A DNA stretch of 64,000 nucleotides, from IMG/VR virus record IMGVR_UViG_3300045988_150343, one strand, 5' to 3'. The DNA comes from a virus. The translations under genes and the position numbers were made by a program. The notes beneath the pieces are model-generated. The model worked only from the letters and a program-made list of their open reading frames with translations. It was not told the origin of the DNA and made no database searches. Shown here piece by piece: positions 1-9,583 of this stretch (the first letter of the stretch is position 1; each line of letters starts with the position of its first letter).

Positions 1-1149
1 TTGCAACTGTTCCCGAACGTGTTGCTGTTGCAGTCGTTCCCGAACGTGTTGTAATAGAGTTTAAAGCCTATGAGATAATAGCAATTCACTCCGAAGCTAT
101 TCCCATAGCAGTGCTCATGAAACGTCATATTAAAGCACCCGGCGCCCCATTTGTTGCCGTACATATTTACAGCAGCCCCATTTTCTTCGTCATACGAACT
201 TAATACGATATTGTTCAGCGCTTGCGTCGCAAACGTTGTATCATCTATAAATTCGCCTATGTAATACGCCTGCATTTCATTGCAGTTGCAAGCCTTATTA
301 TAATAGGCGGATTTAAAGACCGCATTTACTTCGTTAATAAGGCTGGCATCCCTTACATCCTGCATCTGCTCCAGATATGTAAAAGTGTACAGCCATTTAT
401 AGTCTGTTTCATCTGCCGTCATATCAGCCTGGCCGTTCATGCTTGGGCTCAGAATATAATATGTGTTCGGCCATTCTGCATCGTCCACAACATTATCCAC
501 AAAATCGCCGCTTGTTAAACAGCGCTTAAACTGCACGTTTTTGAAGTCGTAGGGACAGTCGTTTCCCCACTCGTCGATAAGTCTATATATTACGCCCTTA
601 CCTGTCGCCGTATCAGCCCATTGGAAGCGTGTGGTGTCGTTGTCCAGACAATACCACACCTGCCACGACTCCAGCTTCGCGCCGGCAAAGTAGCCCGCTG
701 TGTCCCGAGCGCTGCGCATCGCCCAGGCACGCTCCGACAAGGTCCCTGCGTCAAGTGCCATTACCACCAAATCAAACGGGTGGCCGGCACTCCGTGCCTC
801 AGGGTCGTTTGCTACCGTTGTCTCATAGTCCGTTATGCGATACAGCGTCCCATCGTCCAAATGCCCGGCGTCTCGCAGTTGCTTAATCTCGGTCCATGTC
901 ACGCTCTTCACGCTAATAGCTTTCACCAGCGCCCTGATGTCCTTCGTGTGTTGCGCCACCGTCTTGTCGGTCGCTGTCTGAGCGGAATCTATGTGACCTA
1001 CTGCATCTCTCAATTCATCAACGTCGTCAGCATTCTTGCTAATACGAGCGTAAAGTGTTCCGTCAGCCGCCGCCACATCCTCGGCAGTGCCTATGTTCTG
1101 GAGCCGCTCGTCAATCTCCGGACAGGTAAAATGTTTACTTACATACATA
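1..1149 (-). CDS. Partial fibre/receptor-binding-like protein (N-terminal 383 codons present, continues past the left edge; absent from the supplied ORF track)
   Basis: My own translation of the minus strand from the ATG at 1149-1147 gives an uninterrupted frame to position 1 (MYVSKHFTCPEIDERLQNIGTAEDV...HCYGNSFGVNCYY...NTFGNDCNSNTFGNSC). It starts 10 nt after the stop of the upstream gene. The distal part has short Gly/Asn/Cys repeats, and the DNA has the 16-nt direct repeat gttcccgaacgtgttg at 9-24 and 36-51. The function is guessed only from position and repeat character. Confidence 0.6.
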
Positions 1150-1159
1150 GTAAAAGGAT

Positions 1160-1573
1160 TTATGAGTTTTTACCTAAGAAATATCCGGCATCTGACCCCC
1201 TAAAGTATTCTTCCCCCCTACCAGCGAAAGCATTCATAGGGTCGTCCAGGTTTTCGGGATTACTATCACCAGCATCCTCCACATCGCCTATTATGAAGCC
1301 AAAGAGTGGGAGCTTATTAACTCTTATCTTGACTACTTGGCCAATAGCAGGTTGTTGGATAAAACCATCCCAAGTACTAGCAAAATAATCCTGCTGGCTA
1401 GATACAAAATTCTGCCCCGTCATACTCCGGAGTATGGTAACCGAATTACCTGAACCCGCCATGTCCAGATGTACTCCGGAAGTCCCATTTAAGATTATCA
1501 ACTGACTGTCATAAGCATCAATTTGCTCTGGCGTCTGGATCTTGACAAACCTAAGTTGAAATGAGTTAGCCAT
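1160..1573 (-). CDS. Hypothetical virion/neck-region protein
   Basis: The ORF track gives 1160..1627. I prefer the internal ATG at 1573 (MANSFQLRF...) because it removes the 26-nt overlap with 1602..2078. Assigned by position in the structural operon only. Confidence 0.5.
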   Translation of the reverse strand: MANSFQLRFVKIQTPEQIDAYDSQLIILNGTSGVHLDMAGSGNSVTILRSMTGQNFVSSQQDYFASTWDGFIQQPAIGQVVKIRVNKLPLFGFIIGDVEDAGDSNPENLDDPMNAFAGRGEEYFRGSDAGYFLGKNS

Positions 1574-1601
1574 ATATAATTGTGTTAAGGTGTTAAGAGG
1601 T

Positions 1602-2078
1602 TTATATAAAATTAAGCTCCGTATCACGGTCTCTTTTCAGAATCACCATAAATACTAAAGCCTGGTCTTTTGCCTGAGCTACCTGAGTATCTCCAGAGGG
1701 TTTATAGACTATGCCATTAATAACAAACCGATCCATTGACCAATTGAAATCCCAGTAACCGTTCTTGTTAAGGTAACCAATCTTGCGAACATACTCGGTG
1801 CTAATTAAGATGGAGAGGGTCTCTTCATCAAGTTCACCTGCAATTGTAGCTTTATCAATTGGCCAGTTACGGAAAGCGTTATAGTAGCAAAGAGCTTCAA
1901 TCTCTATCGGATAATACTTGGGTATATAATCTTCACCATGAGTCAAGAGTTGGTCTACATTCTTTGCCCATATTATGGTTTGTCGACCTGCATCTTGGTC
2001 TATAAAGGTGGTGATAACTTTCTTGTACTTATCCCAGGACTTGTTTGGTACAAGAGAAGCAGGTTCTTTGGTTGACAT
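1602..2078 (-). CDS. Hypothetical virion protein
   Basis: Tightly packed minus-strand ORF in the morphogenesis block. No motif recognised. Confidence 0.5.
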   Translation of the reverse strand: MSTKEPASLVPNKSWDKYKKVITTFIDQDAGRQTIIWAKNVDQLLTHGEDYIPKYYPIEIEALCYYNAFRNWPIDKATIAGELDEETLSILISTEYVRKIGYLNKNGYWDFNWSMDRFVINGIVYKPSGDTQVAQAKDQALVFMVILKRDRDTELNFI

Positions 2079-2083
2079 AAGAA

Positions 2084-2965
2084 TTATTGGGGGATATTGC
2101 TTTCTCCACCATTAATGGGGTAAGTTGGGTTGGGTCCACCTAATAAACCTGGGTCTCTATGGTTAACAACTTTAGGAATAACCACGGTTCTATGATGTTG
2201 ACAGAACGGTAAGAATATGTTCAAACGTTCAGCTAACGTACACAGGTTCTTTTTAATTGAATCAATTAGACCACCAGGTTGAAGAGCTTTATAATAAGTA
2301 GAGTACAAGCTAGAGATGGATTCAGAAAACGTATCATAATACTGTACCTCTGTAGGGCCAGTAGTGATAGACTTGATTCGGTCTCCTCTAGAATTTCCGA
2401 CGGCATCATCATCCTCTTCGGTGATACCCGTTACATTGGATAAATATTGCCCTACTCTTGCAAGCAGATTATAAAGCTTAGTATTAAGGAAGTCCCATAC
2501 AGCCAATTCCATTATCAGCTGGTTCTCTAGTCCTTCATAGTATAATTCATTATTATATTCTTCCTTAGGAATAAAATGATCTACTAGAGGATGGATATAC
2601 AATTGCCATTTATTTATGTACAGCTGTTTCTCTTGTAGAGTCATCGAAGTTACAATCTCCTTAGGTAAGTAGTAATCAATGAGATCATAGATACTTCCGG
2701 TTAGAGAAGTCTCAGCATCAAGGTTAACTACGATGGTTTGAGAGTATGAGTATGTTTGGCTATTTTTACTATCCGTATAAGAAACGGTTACATCATAAAA
2801 GCCAGATTCATTATAGGTATGAGTAACTTGTCTTCTGTTATATTCCTCTGTAGAATCACCAAAGTCCCAATCTACGGGCATTGTAGATGGGACTTTACCG
2901 GTGAATCTGAATTTTACTGTAAGACCAGAGATAATCGGCACAAAGCCAAATTCTACTGGTGCCAT
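2084..2965 (-). CDS. PKD/Ig-like domain-containing virion protein
   Basis: The N-terminal ~70 aa (VKFRFTGKVPSTMPVDWDFGDSTEEYNRRQVTHTYNESGFYDVTVSYTD) fit the PKD signature (FDFGDG...HtY..G.Y.VtL). The rest is unassigned. Confidence 0.6.
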   Translation of the reverse strand: MAPVEFGFVPIISGLTVKFRFTGKVPSTMPVDWDFGDSTEEYNRRQVTHTYNESGFYDVTVSYTDSKNSQTYSYSQTIVVNLDAETSLTGSIYDLIDYYLPKEIVTSMTLQEKQLYINKWQLYIHPLVDHFIPKEEYNNELYYEGLENQLIMELAVWDFLNTKLYNLLARVGQYLSNVTGITEEDDDAVGNSRGDRIKSITTGPTEVQYYDTFSESISSLYSTYYKALQPGGLIDSIKKNLCTLAERLNIFLPFCQHHRTVVIPKVVNHRDPGLLGGPNPTYPINGGESNIPQ

Positions 2966-2991
2966 ATTTGAAAGTTTTTGAAAAAGGTTTT

Positions 2992-3387
2992 TTACTTGCC
3001 AGATTCCTCAAAATCGTCGAACATAGACTTGATGAGGACTTCAGCGGTGTCATTTGGGTCAACTTCAAATCCGGCTTCTTTTGCCATAAGCTGAACCTCT
3101 TCGAGAGAATAAGCTTTAACTACCTTAGAAACCTCCATGCCCTTGGCATGCTGTGCTTTGAGCTTGTTGAGTAATTTTTTGATGGCTTCTTCGGAGTATT
3201 TAGCAGCTTCGGATGGCTCCTGTACCAAAGATAGGTGGCCCTGGTTCAGGGCAGTACGAACTCGATGGGTATTGAACTGGCGGAGTGTAAGTTCTTTAAC
3301 TTCTCCTCTTGAAATAGAAAGACCGGTAGACTGATCATTAAATGAATAAGCCTTTGGTCCTAGTTGAACTTTAAATGTTTTTGCCAT
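2992..3387 (-). CDS. Hypothetical protein downstream of the capsid gene
   Basis: Minus-strand ORF between the capsid terminator hairpin and the PKD gene. No motif recognised. Confidence 0.5.
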   Translation of the reverse strand: MAKTFKVQLGPKAYSFNDQSTGLSISRGEVKELTLRQFNTHRVRTALNQGHLSLVQEPSEAAKYSEEAIKKLLNKLKAQHAKGMEVSKVVKAYSLEEVQLMAKEAGFEVDPNDTAEVLIKSMFDDFEESGK

Positions 3388-3481
3388 ATCTGTTGTTTTA
3401 TAATTATGGGTTTAAGTTAAAATAGAGGAAGTACCCCTTTATGGGCAAGTACTTCCTCTTGGCAGAAAGAAAATCAGCGGC

Positions 3482-4588
3482 TTATCCCAGATTAACCTGG
3501 AGATATGGGTCAACCGTCATAAATTCAGGGAAACCGTTGCTGCTGAACTCCTTGTTAGAAGCAAGCAGAAGTGAAGCATCCTGGTACATTTTGCTGAAGC
3601 CAGTAGTAAGACTTGCATATACAGCCTCGGTCTGGTTCGAAACGATTCGTTCAGACTCGAGCATCAACTGGCGAGCAGTAAGCTTGATGAGAGCGGCAGA
3701 ACGATCAACGAGCAAAAGTTGATTTTCAGGAGTGCCCGGATGGATGTAAAAGTTAGCTTTATTTGGGATAGGAGACTTAACATCGAGAGTTGCGGCAGTA
3801 GTACCCGATGCACGATCCTTGAACTCAGGGAGATTGAGCATCTCGATTGCCTGGTCTTCGCCACCGATCATATCTGTGAAGTTGCGGCCCATACGAGATC
3901 CACGTACCCAGATATGGAGAAGGTCTTTATAAGTGATGCCTTTTGTGGTGTTATATACACCGATTACCGGAGCAGACTCTGAACCATCTATCATGTTACC
4001 ATTCAGGAGAACATCCATAGCCAGAGTATCCATCGCATAACCGAGCTGAACGCCAAAGTCGCGAAGATAGATGCTGAGTACATCCAATGAAACGAAATTC
4101 TTTACTTCATCTGTAAGCTTGAAGCCTTTACCGATTTTGAAAAGAGATACCTGTTTCTGACCGAAGCTTACGGTACCGAGTGGGAAAGTCTCGGCTTCGT
4201 TAACCTTCGACGGAGTAGCATCCGACATGTTGATGATAGGCATAGTTGCTCGGAGACCATTGATAGGCTGGTCCGAAGCGATAATCTGAGGGTAGAACGG
4301 TGCCTGACGCATTCCAGTGGTGATTGCCTCTCGGATGATTTCCGGAACAATCCAGCGAATCTGCTGATCTGGCATAGTGAACAGATTTTCCATCGTAGTA
4401 ACGTGGGTATTGATACCCAGTTTCTCGAAGAAATCTGCCTGAGAAAGGTTGTATCGGTCGGTTACTACTTCTCCAAGTGTAACATCCACCGGGAGACGAT
4501 TGTCTGATCCTTTACGGAGAGCATCCATTTCGAGGACGGTCTCTCTCAGTGAACTAAGAAGTTCCTGTTTAGTTTTTTCCGTTGTCAT
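3482..4588 (-). CDS. Major capsid protein (HK97-fold type, inferred)
   Basis: A 368-aa ORF in the canonical order TerL-portal-protease/scaffold-decoration-capsid. It is followed immediately by a strong hairpin (3424..3459), as is typical for a highly expressed capsid gene. The assignment rests on size and synteny rather than a specific motif. Confidence 0.7.
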   Translation of the reverse strand: MTTEKTKQELLSSLRETVLEMDALRKGSDNRLPVDVTLGEVVTDRYNLSQADFFEKLGINTHVTTMENLFTMPDQQIRWIVPEIIREAITTGMRQAPFYPQIIASDQPINGLRATMPIINMSDATPSKVNEAETFPLGTVSFGQKQVSLFKIGKGFKLTDEVKNFVSLDVLSIYLRDFGVQLGYAMDTLAMDVLLNGNMIDGSESAPVIGVYNTTKGITYKDLLHIWVRGSRMGRNFTDMIGGEDQAIEMLNLPEFKDRASGTTAATLDVKSPIPNKANFYIHPGTPENQLLLVDRSAALIKLTARQLMLESERIVSNQTEAVYASLTTGFSKMYQDASLLLASNKEFSSNGFPEFMTVDPYLQVNLG

Positions 4589-4606
4589 ATATGCGTTATA
4601 TTTTAT

Positions 4607-5071
4607 TTATCGAACGAGAACTTGCATTACTTCTCCCTGAGTAGCCGGAGTAATAGCGATAAATTTAGTTTCAGTAGATGAAGCTTCATATACTACGAAG
4701 CCTCCAGCGGTAACCACTTCTGCGGTAGGTTTAACATAACCGCAGCTCTCAATTTCAGCTTTTACTGCACCATGTACGATAGCAAAACCTTCTACCATTA
4801 CCGTAACCTCGATAGGAAAGTTACGCTGAGGAGCATAAGCCGGTTTGATACTGTCAGTATGGGCAATGCCGAGATAGATACCTTCTCCAGTATATGGAGA
4901 AATTGTACCATCGGTCTCCAGTTTAACTGGCATACCTTGAGTGATGACGGCGTTCTTCTTTACCGGGAAGGCCTGATTGAGTTTGTGGCTTTCACTTTTA
5001 TATACCTTAGTGCGAGGAGTTTTCTCCTCCATCAAGGTAAGAGTCTGTGGGTTGTTGTAATTAGTTGCCAT
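4607..5071 (-). CDS. DUF2190-like head decoration/cement protein
   Basis: The ORF track gives 4607..5191. I prefer the ATG at 5071 (MATNYNNPQ...), 8 nt after the stop of 5079..6614. The ~150-aa beta-rich protein has the pattern G.PV...G.....GiA.....V.V...G....a....I..G..V, reminiscent of DUF2190, and lies directly upstream of the capsid gene. Confidence 0.5.
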   Translation of the reverse strand: MATNYNNPQTLTLMEEKTPRTKVYKSESHKLNQAFPVKKNAVITQGMPVKLETDGTISPYTGEGIYLGIAHTDSIKPAYAPQRNFPIEVTVMVEGFAIVHGAVKAEIESCGYVKPTAEVVTAGGFVVYEASSTETKFIAITPATQGEVMQVLVR

Positions 5072-5078
5072 ATTTGGA

Positions 5079-6614
5079 TTATTTTTTAAGTTTTGTATGG
5101 TAGATAGAGTCCAGGGTATTTCGAACAGTACCCTCTGAGTTAGAAGTAGTGTCCTCTTTTGACTTAGTTTCTTCATCGATAGAAGAAGCACGGCTTACAT
5201 CGTGAGAACCACATTTAGCACACTTAAGAGGGAATTTCTCCTCAAGACGAGTAGTGTAGTCCTTCTGCAGAGATTCTAGGGTTTGAACACCTGTAGTCTC
5301 AGCATTAAGCATGTTGATGATGGTATCATCAGCTTTGTCACCGTGAAGTTTACGATAAGTGGCCACGCAGTTTTCACGAAGTGAAGTAAGGTACTGAGTA
5401 CCAATAATAGCCTTTGGCTCTAATGAAGCTACCTTAGCATTGAGATTAGTGACCTGTTCCTGAAGTGAATCACGTTCAGTTGTGAGGTTAGTCACGGTCT
5501 CATTAAGAGTAGCTAGTTCAGCCTGATGATTTGACTGATCAGCTACCATAGCCTTAATAGCTGCCAAGGCATTTTCCTGAGTCTGTTCCTGGCCTTCGGC
5601 AAGAGTGAGACAACCGGTGCCGAAGAGAGACTCTAAAAATTCTTTGAGTTCTTGGTTCATTTGGGTTATGTTTGAGTTATTGTTATTTTTCGGGGACTCC
5701 TCTTGAAATTGGGTTTTACCCTTATTATTATCCGTCGGAGTATCGTCGGTATTTGGTTCTTTATAGTCCTCGAAAGTATAAATTTTATTCTTTGAATTGG
5801 TATACTCTGCATAGGAGTTCCAAGTACGGTCTGCAAAGATAGGGTTATTAAGTTTACCCCCCTCAGTAATCTTCTGAGCATAAGGGTCAGCTCCATGAGA
5901 TACTAGTGAAGTTTCATGATACCTAATGATATTTGTAACTATCCTTCGAACCAACTGGCCTTTTGAATCATAAGTTCCCAATTTATCAAGGAAGTCATTT
6001 ATACTCATACCTGGGTGAGATTGTTCCCAAGAGAACTGGACTGTTACAGAATTGGAGTGAATTGAAGGGGGTTCCATAAGAATTCCTCGGACGATTCGGG
6101 GGTTTGCCTTACCGTCAATCTTAAGCACTCCATTAATACCAGCCGGTATGTTTATTTTACCGTCTTTATAACCTTCTTGCCAAATAACCTCAGATACAGC
6201 ACCAATAGCATTACCTATATCGGTAGAATGGTCACAATTAACGGTTTGACCTAAGAGTAAGTTCATAGAGTTTTTAAGAACTCCCGGAATATGACCAAAG
6301 TCAGTAGGGTTCCAGTTCTTAGAAACGATAGTAGCAGAGAGTAGACGGAATAATGGGTAGATAAACTCATCATCTTTAGGATGAAGCTCTTCTGCAGTTA
6401 CATCGGGATAGTAAGTATGATAGTTAAGGTCACTACCAAACAAACCGAACTGAGTAATTGCTTCCGGAGTTGGCTTATTCCACTTGTAGTAATTCTCTAC
6501 GAATTTTCTAGCACCAATCTTCTCAGGTACATGAGAAGTTAAGATGCTATGACCTCCATCGATAGTTAAAGAGTCGATGTAAGTTTTTTGTTTGTGAATA
6601 ATTCCAGGGGACAT
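5079..6614 (-). CDS. Putative prohead protease / scaffolding fusion protein
   Basis: A 511-aa ORF between the portal and capsid genes. The N-terminal half is globular. The C-terminal half is Asn/Gln-rich linker plus long coiled-coil-like heptads (LKEFLESLF...ELATLNETVTNLTTERDSLQEQVTNLNAKVASLE), typical of scaffolds. The protease identity was not verified by motif. Confidence 0.5.
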   Translation of the reverse strand: MSPGIIHKQKTYIDSLTIDGGHSILTSHVPEKIGARKFVENYYKWNKPTPEAITQFGLFGSDLNYHTYYPDVTAEELHPKDDEFIYPLFRLLSATIVSKNWNPTDFGHIPGVLKNSMNLLLGQTVNCDHSTDIGNAIGAVSEVIWQEGYKDGKINIPAGINGVLKIDGKANPRIVRGILMEPPSIHSNSVTVQFSWEQSHPGMSINDFLDKLGTYDSKGQLVRRIVTNIIRYHETSLVSHGADPYAQKITEGGKLNNPIFADRTWNSYAEYTNSKNKIYTFEDYKEPNTDDTPTDNNKGKTQFQEESPKNNNNSNITQMNQELKEFLESLFGTGCLTLAEGQEQTQENALAAIKAMVADQSNHQAELATLNETVTNLTTERDSLQEQVTNLNAKVASLEPKAIIGTQYLTSLRENCVATYRKLHGDKADDTIINMLNAETTGVQTLESLQKDYTTRLEEKFPLKCAKCGSHDVSRASSIDEETKSKEDTTSNSEGTVRNTLDSIYHTKLKK

Positions 6615-6616
6615 AA

Positions 6617-8089
6617 TTATCTAGGTTTTGAGTCATTATCTTTTCTGCGAGGGTTAGGGTTAGATTTATCCCTGCCTTTTCTGTCTGATTTAGATTTGTC
6701 AGCCTGTCGTTTATCTTTATCTATACCGGTCTTATCTCCAGCAGCTGATTTGTTTGAACCATGCTGATCTTCGGCTGATACTCTAGGCTCTGATTGATCA
6801 GCTGATAGGTAACCCATAGCCCAAGCGTATTGAGATTGAGAGATGATGCCATCTCGATAAAGAGCATTAAGATTTTGTATCTTATACTGAAGAGCCTGCT
6901 GAATCTTGACATCATCAGTAACTGTTGATGGGCCCCAAGAAATAACAAGGCCTTTACAATGGAACCCGGCCAACCTAAGTTCTAAAAGGTATACCCTTTG
7001 AAGAACATAGGATACCATAAGCTGAAGGTTCTTAAGCTGAGAGATCATTTTAGAAAGAGCCGTACCAGCAGCTCCTTCTCCAGCAGCCTGATTAACGCCA
7101 ATGATGGAACCGTTAATGCCCAGACCATTAGCCACAGACTGTTGGTTAATGTTCCAGGGAGTATTAAGGTTCCCCAGTTCTTTAGTAGTAGAGTTTAGTT
7201 TAAACTCATGGTCATCTTTGAAGCCCACTACTACTCCATCTTTCATACCCTCTTTTACAGCCTTCTTCATATCTCGAAGGTATCTTTGGAGACGGTACAT
7301 GTAGGCATCTATACTCTCATTACCTCTTTGAATGGGTTTTTCTACCAGAGCTTCTAAGAAGCCAACCAAACCGGCTATCTCCATAATCTGTTTCATATTA
7401 GACCTCATATCAGACTGAGTCTTTATAGAGTCTAGAGCAGGCATAAATGGAGGAATACCGTATGGCTCATCAGTGTCATTAAAGGTGGAACAGTAGAAAT
7501 AAGTTTCGGGATTCAACTCTATATATTGCTTCTCCTTACCTGACATAAAAGAATTAATCTGGTATGGAGAGTATACACCATTATTCTCTCGCTTAAAGAT
7601 TATTCTTTCAGGCTTGAGGAATAAGATAGTAGATAACCCGTTAAGATTTTCATTCGGTACAGCTTCAACCGATATAGCACCGCCCACTAAGGCTTGAACT
7701 ATCATTCGGTTTACTAAACCGTCTATACCTGCAGAATATCTTGACCACTTAGAGGAAACCCGGTCCAGATGATTTCTCATCTGTTCGGCCTCATTATCTG
7801 TGTTATTTGGGAAAGTTACCGAATGACCTGTATTGGTTAGCTTGAACATATCTTGGACAGCTATGCCCATGTCCGGATTAACCTTATACAAATCACGGAT
7901 AAGAGGGATAATTTCTCTACGATAAGAAGGTGTAACGAACTTGGTCACACCTTCCAGATACGTGATTATCCCATTTCCCAAATTATCATCTGGAACCGAG
8001 ACTCTTCCTGGAAGAATCGGCCCTTCTTTGCCCTCTGGTTTAGGAGGACTATCAGGTTTTTTAGTCCTAAAGAGTGATAAAAAGTTCAT
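6617..8089 (-). CDS. Portal protein
   Basis: A 490-aa ORF immediately downstream of TerL, with a 4-nt overlap, and upstream of the scaffold gene. It has a highly charged Lys/Asp-rich C-terminus. Called on synteny and size. Confidence 0.75.
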   Translation of the reverse strand: MNFLSLFRTKKPDSPPKPEGKEGPILPGRVSVPDDNLGNGIITYLEGVTKFVTPSYRREIIPLIRDLYKVNPDMGIAVQDMFKLTNTGHSVTFPNNTDNEAEQMRNHLDRVSSKWSRYSAGIDGLVNRMIVQALVGGAISVEAVPNENLNGLSTILFLKPERIIFKRENNGVYSPYQINSFMSGKEKQYIELNPETYFYCSTFNDTDEPYGIPPFMPALDSIKTQSDMRSNMKQIMEIAGLVGFLEALVEKPIQRGNESIDAYMYRLQRYLRDMKKAVKEGMKDGVVVGFKDDHEFKLNSTTKELGNLNTPWNINQQSVANGLGINGSIIGVNQAAGEGAAGTALSKMISQLKNLQLMVSYVLQRVYLLELRLAGFHCKGLVISWGPSTVTDDVKIQQALQYKIQNLNALYRDGIISQSQYAWAMGYLSADQSEPRVSAEDQHGSNKSAAGDKTGIDKDKRQADKSKSDRKGRDKSNPNPRRKDNDSKPR

Positions 8090-9576
8090 TTGGGGAGTAT
8101 TATAATTTGTTCTTTACCTTTTCGTATATGGTTTGTTATAGCCTTTCCAAAAATATCATCATCGGCATAAACTTCAGCATCTGGGTCATCGGCATTGGTG
8201 TTGGCCTTATGTTTACCCATTGCTACTGGTCTATTTAAGCCATCATAGATGAAGGTATAAGCTTCGTTAACAAAGAAGGGGTCTTTAATTATGACATTTC
8301 CCTCTCTTATATCCTTTTCTAGAGCTTCAATTATAACAGGTCTATTCTTATTGGTAGTTAACCATCCAGGAGCTTTGTCGACTTCTGGGCGACTCTTACC
8401 CTTCTGTTTTATAAGTTTTTGATAATAATATAAGTTTGGATAGCCTTCAGCCTGTAACATAGAGGTTACGGCCAATCCCACATCATTAGATTCGGGGGCT
8501 AATAAGGCATAATTGAATAATTCTCCAGTATCACCTAAGAGCCTAGCATATTTATCCACTGAAATACGGCCCTTATACACAACTTGTTCTTCCCCATACC
8601 TGTCCATGACAGTGAAGGAAGAGTAGTCATTAGAACGACCAGTTGCAACGTCAGCACCAATATAATATTGTTTATCTGGTTCTGGCTCTAGAAATTGCCT
8701 ATACTGACCATTGAATCGAGTTTTAATGACCGGATAATCTGATAGACAGTCCTCAATAGCCTTAATATCTGCAAGGTCGAATACGGTGTTACCCGAAGAA
8801 AGGAAGTCACCATCTATCTCTTGGGCAGTCCTTCTTGGGCCAAGAGCTTTAGACATGGTGTGATACCAATTTTCGTCTCGTTCAGGGTGCATCTCCCAGT
8901 AGAGACGAATAGGATTGAAACCATTACCTCCAGAAATAGAGTCAACCCATTGGGAATGGTAGAAATTACCAATTCCTTTGGGTGTGGAATTAATGATAGC
9001 AGAGCCACCAGTAGATAGAGTAGGAAGAGCAGCTGCCCAAACCTCACTAGCCCATCTTACCATAGCAGCCTCATCAATCACCAAAAGAGAAAGAGACTCA
9101 GAACGACCCGCTTCTGGAGAAGTAGGGACTGACTCAATGAATGAGCCATTGGAGAACTCCATTAAGGAAGTTGAACCAAGTTCAGAAACCCTACCGTTTA
9201 TAATGGGAGTTTGTAGATACCAAGGAAGATTCTTGTACATGAACTTAATCTTCTTTAGTACCTTTTTAGCAGTAGTGTCCTTGATGGAGATGATGTTTAC
9301 CTTCTTATTGGGATGGTACATACATAGCCATAGGCAGTACATAGATATTAACTCAGTGATACCAGCCTGTCGGAACTTCAATACGATGTTGAAACGTTCC
9401 TTAACAAACTGGTATAAAACTGCCTTTTGAAAAGGGTATAGTGCGAATTGGACTTTACCTCTGGTGGGATGAATCACATAACAGAATGTACTAAATAAGA
9501 ATACATCGTTTGTGACTTTAGCTAATGTTTGTAACTCTTCCCGTGAAATAAAGGTGGGTTGAGTTGTTATTGCCAT
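8086..9576 (-). CDS. terL: Terminase large subunit
   Basis: Walker A-like LKFRQAGITELIS (compare T4 gp17 SRQLGKT), Walker B LLVIDEAAMV, and a C-terminal RNaseH-like nuclease region YIGADVATGRSNDYSSFTVM. Confidence 0.9.
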   Translation of the reverse strand: MAITTQPTFISREELQTLAKVTNDVFLFSTFCYVIHPTRGKVQFALYPFQKAVLYQFVKERFNIVLKFRQAGITELISMYCLWLCMYHPNKKVNIISIKDTTAKKVLKKIKFMYKNLPWYLQTPIINGRVSELGSTSLMEFSNGSFIESVPTSPEAGRSESLSLLVIDEAAMVRWASEVWAAALPTLSTGGSAIINSTPKGIGNFYHSQWVDSISGGNGFNPIRLYWEMHPERDENWYHTMSKALGPRRTAQEIDGDFLSSGNTVFDLADIKAIEDCLSDYPVIKTRFNGQYRQFLEPEPDKQYYIGADVATGRSNDYSSFTVMDRYGEEQVVYKGRISVDKYARLLGDTGELFNYALLAPESNDVGLAVTSMLQAEGYPNLYYYQKLIKQKGKSRPEVDKAPGWLTTNKNRPVIIEALEKDIREGNVIIKDPFFVNEAYTFIYDGLNRPVAMGKHKANTNADDPDAEVYADDDIFGKAITNHIRKGKEQIIILPK

Positions 9577-9583
9577 ACTGGGT

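Noticed and set aside
222-1388. Plus-strand ORFs 222..518, 621..1388 and 629..886 from the supplied track
   Set aside because: They lie antisense to a continuous minus-strand frame of at least 383 codons that starts at 1149, in GC-rich DNA where long spurious ORFs are expected. Their products are Arg/Cys/Pro-rich nonsense-like sequences, and 621..1388 would run across the gene boundary at 1150-1160.
8978-9430. 150-aa plus-strand ORF (and other 60-100-aa antisense or overlapping ORFs, for example 3441..3722, 7101..7304, 24705..25124, 27536..27903 and 40252..40738)
   Set aside because: These are embedded antisense or out of frame within long motif-supported genes (terL, capsid, portal, K-rich genes, recA). 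They are typical chance ORFs.
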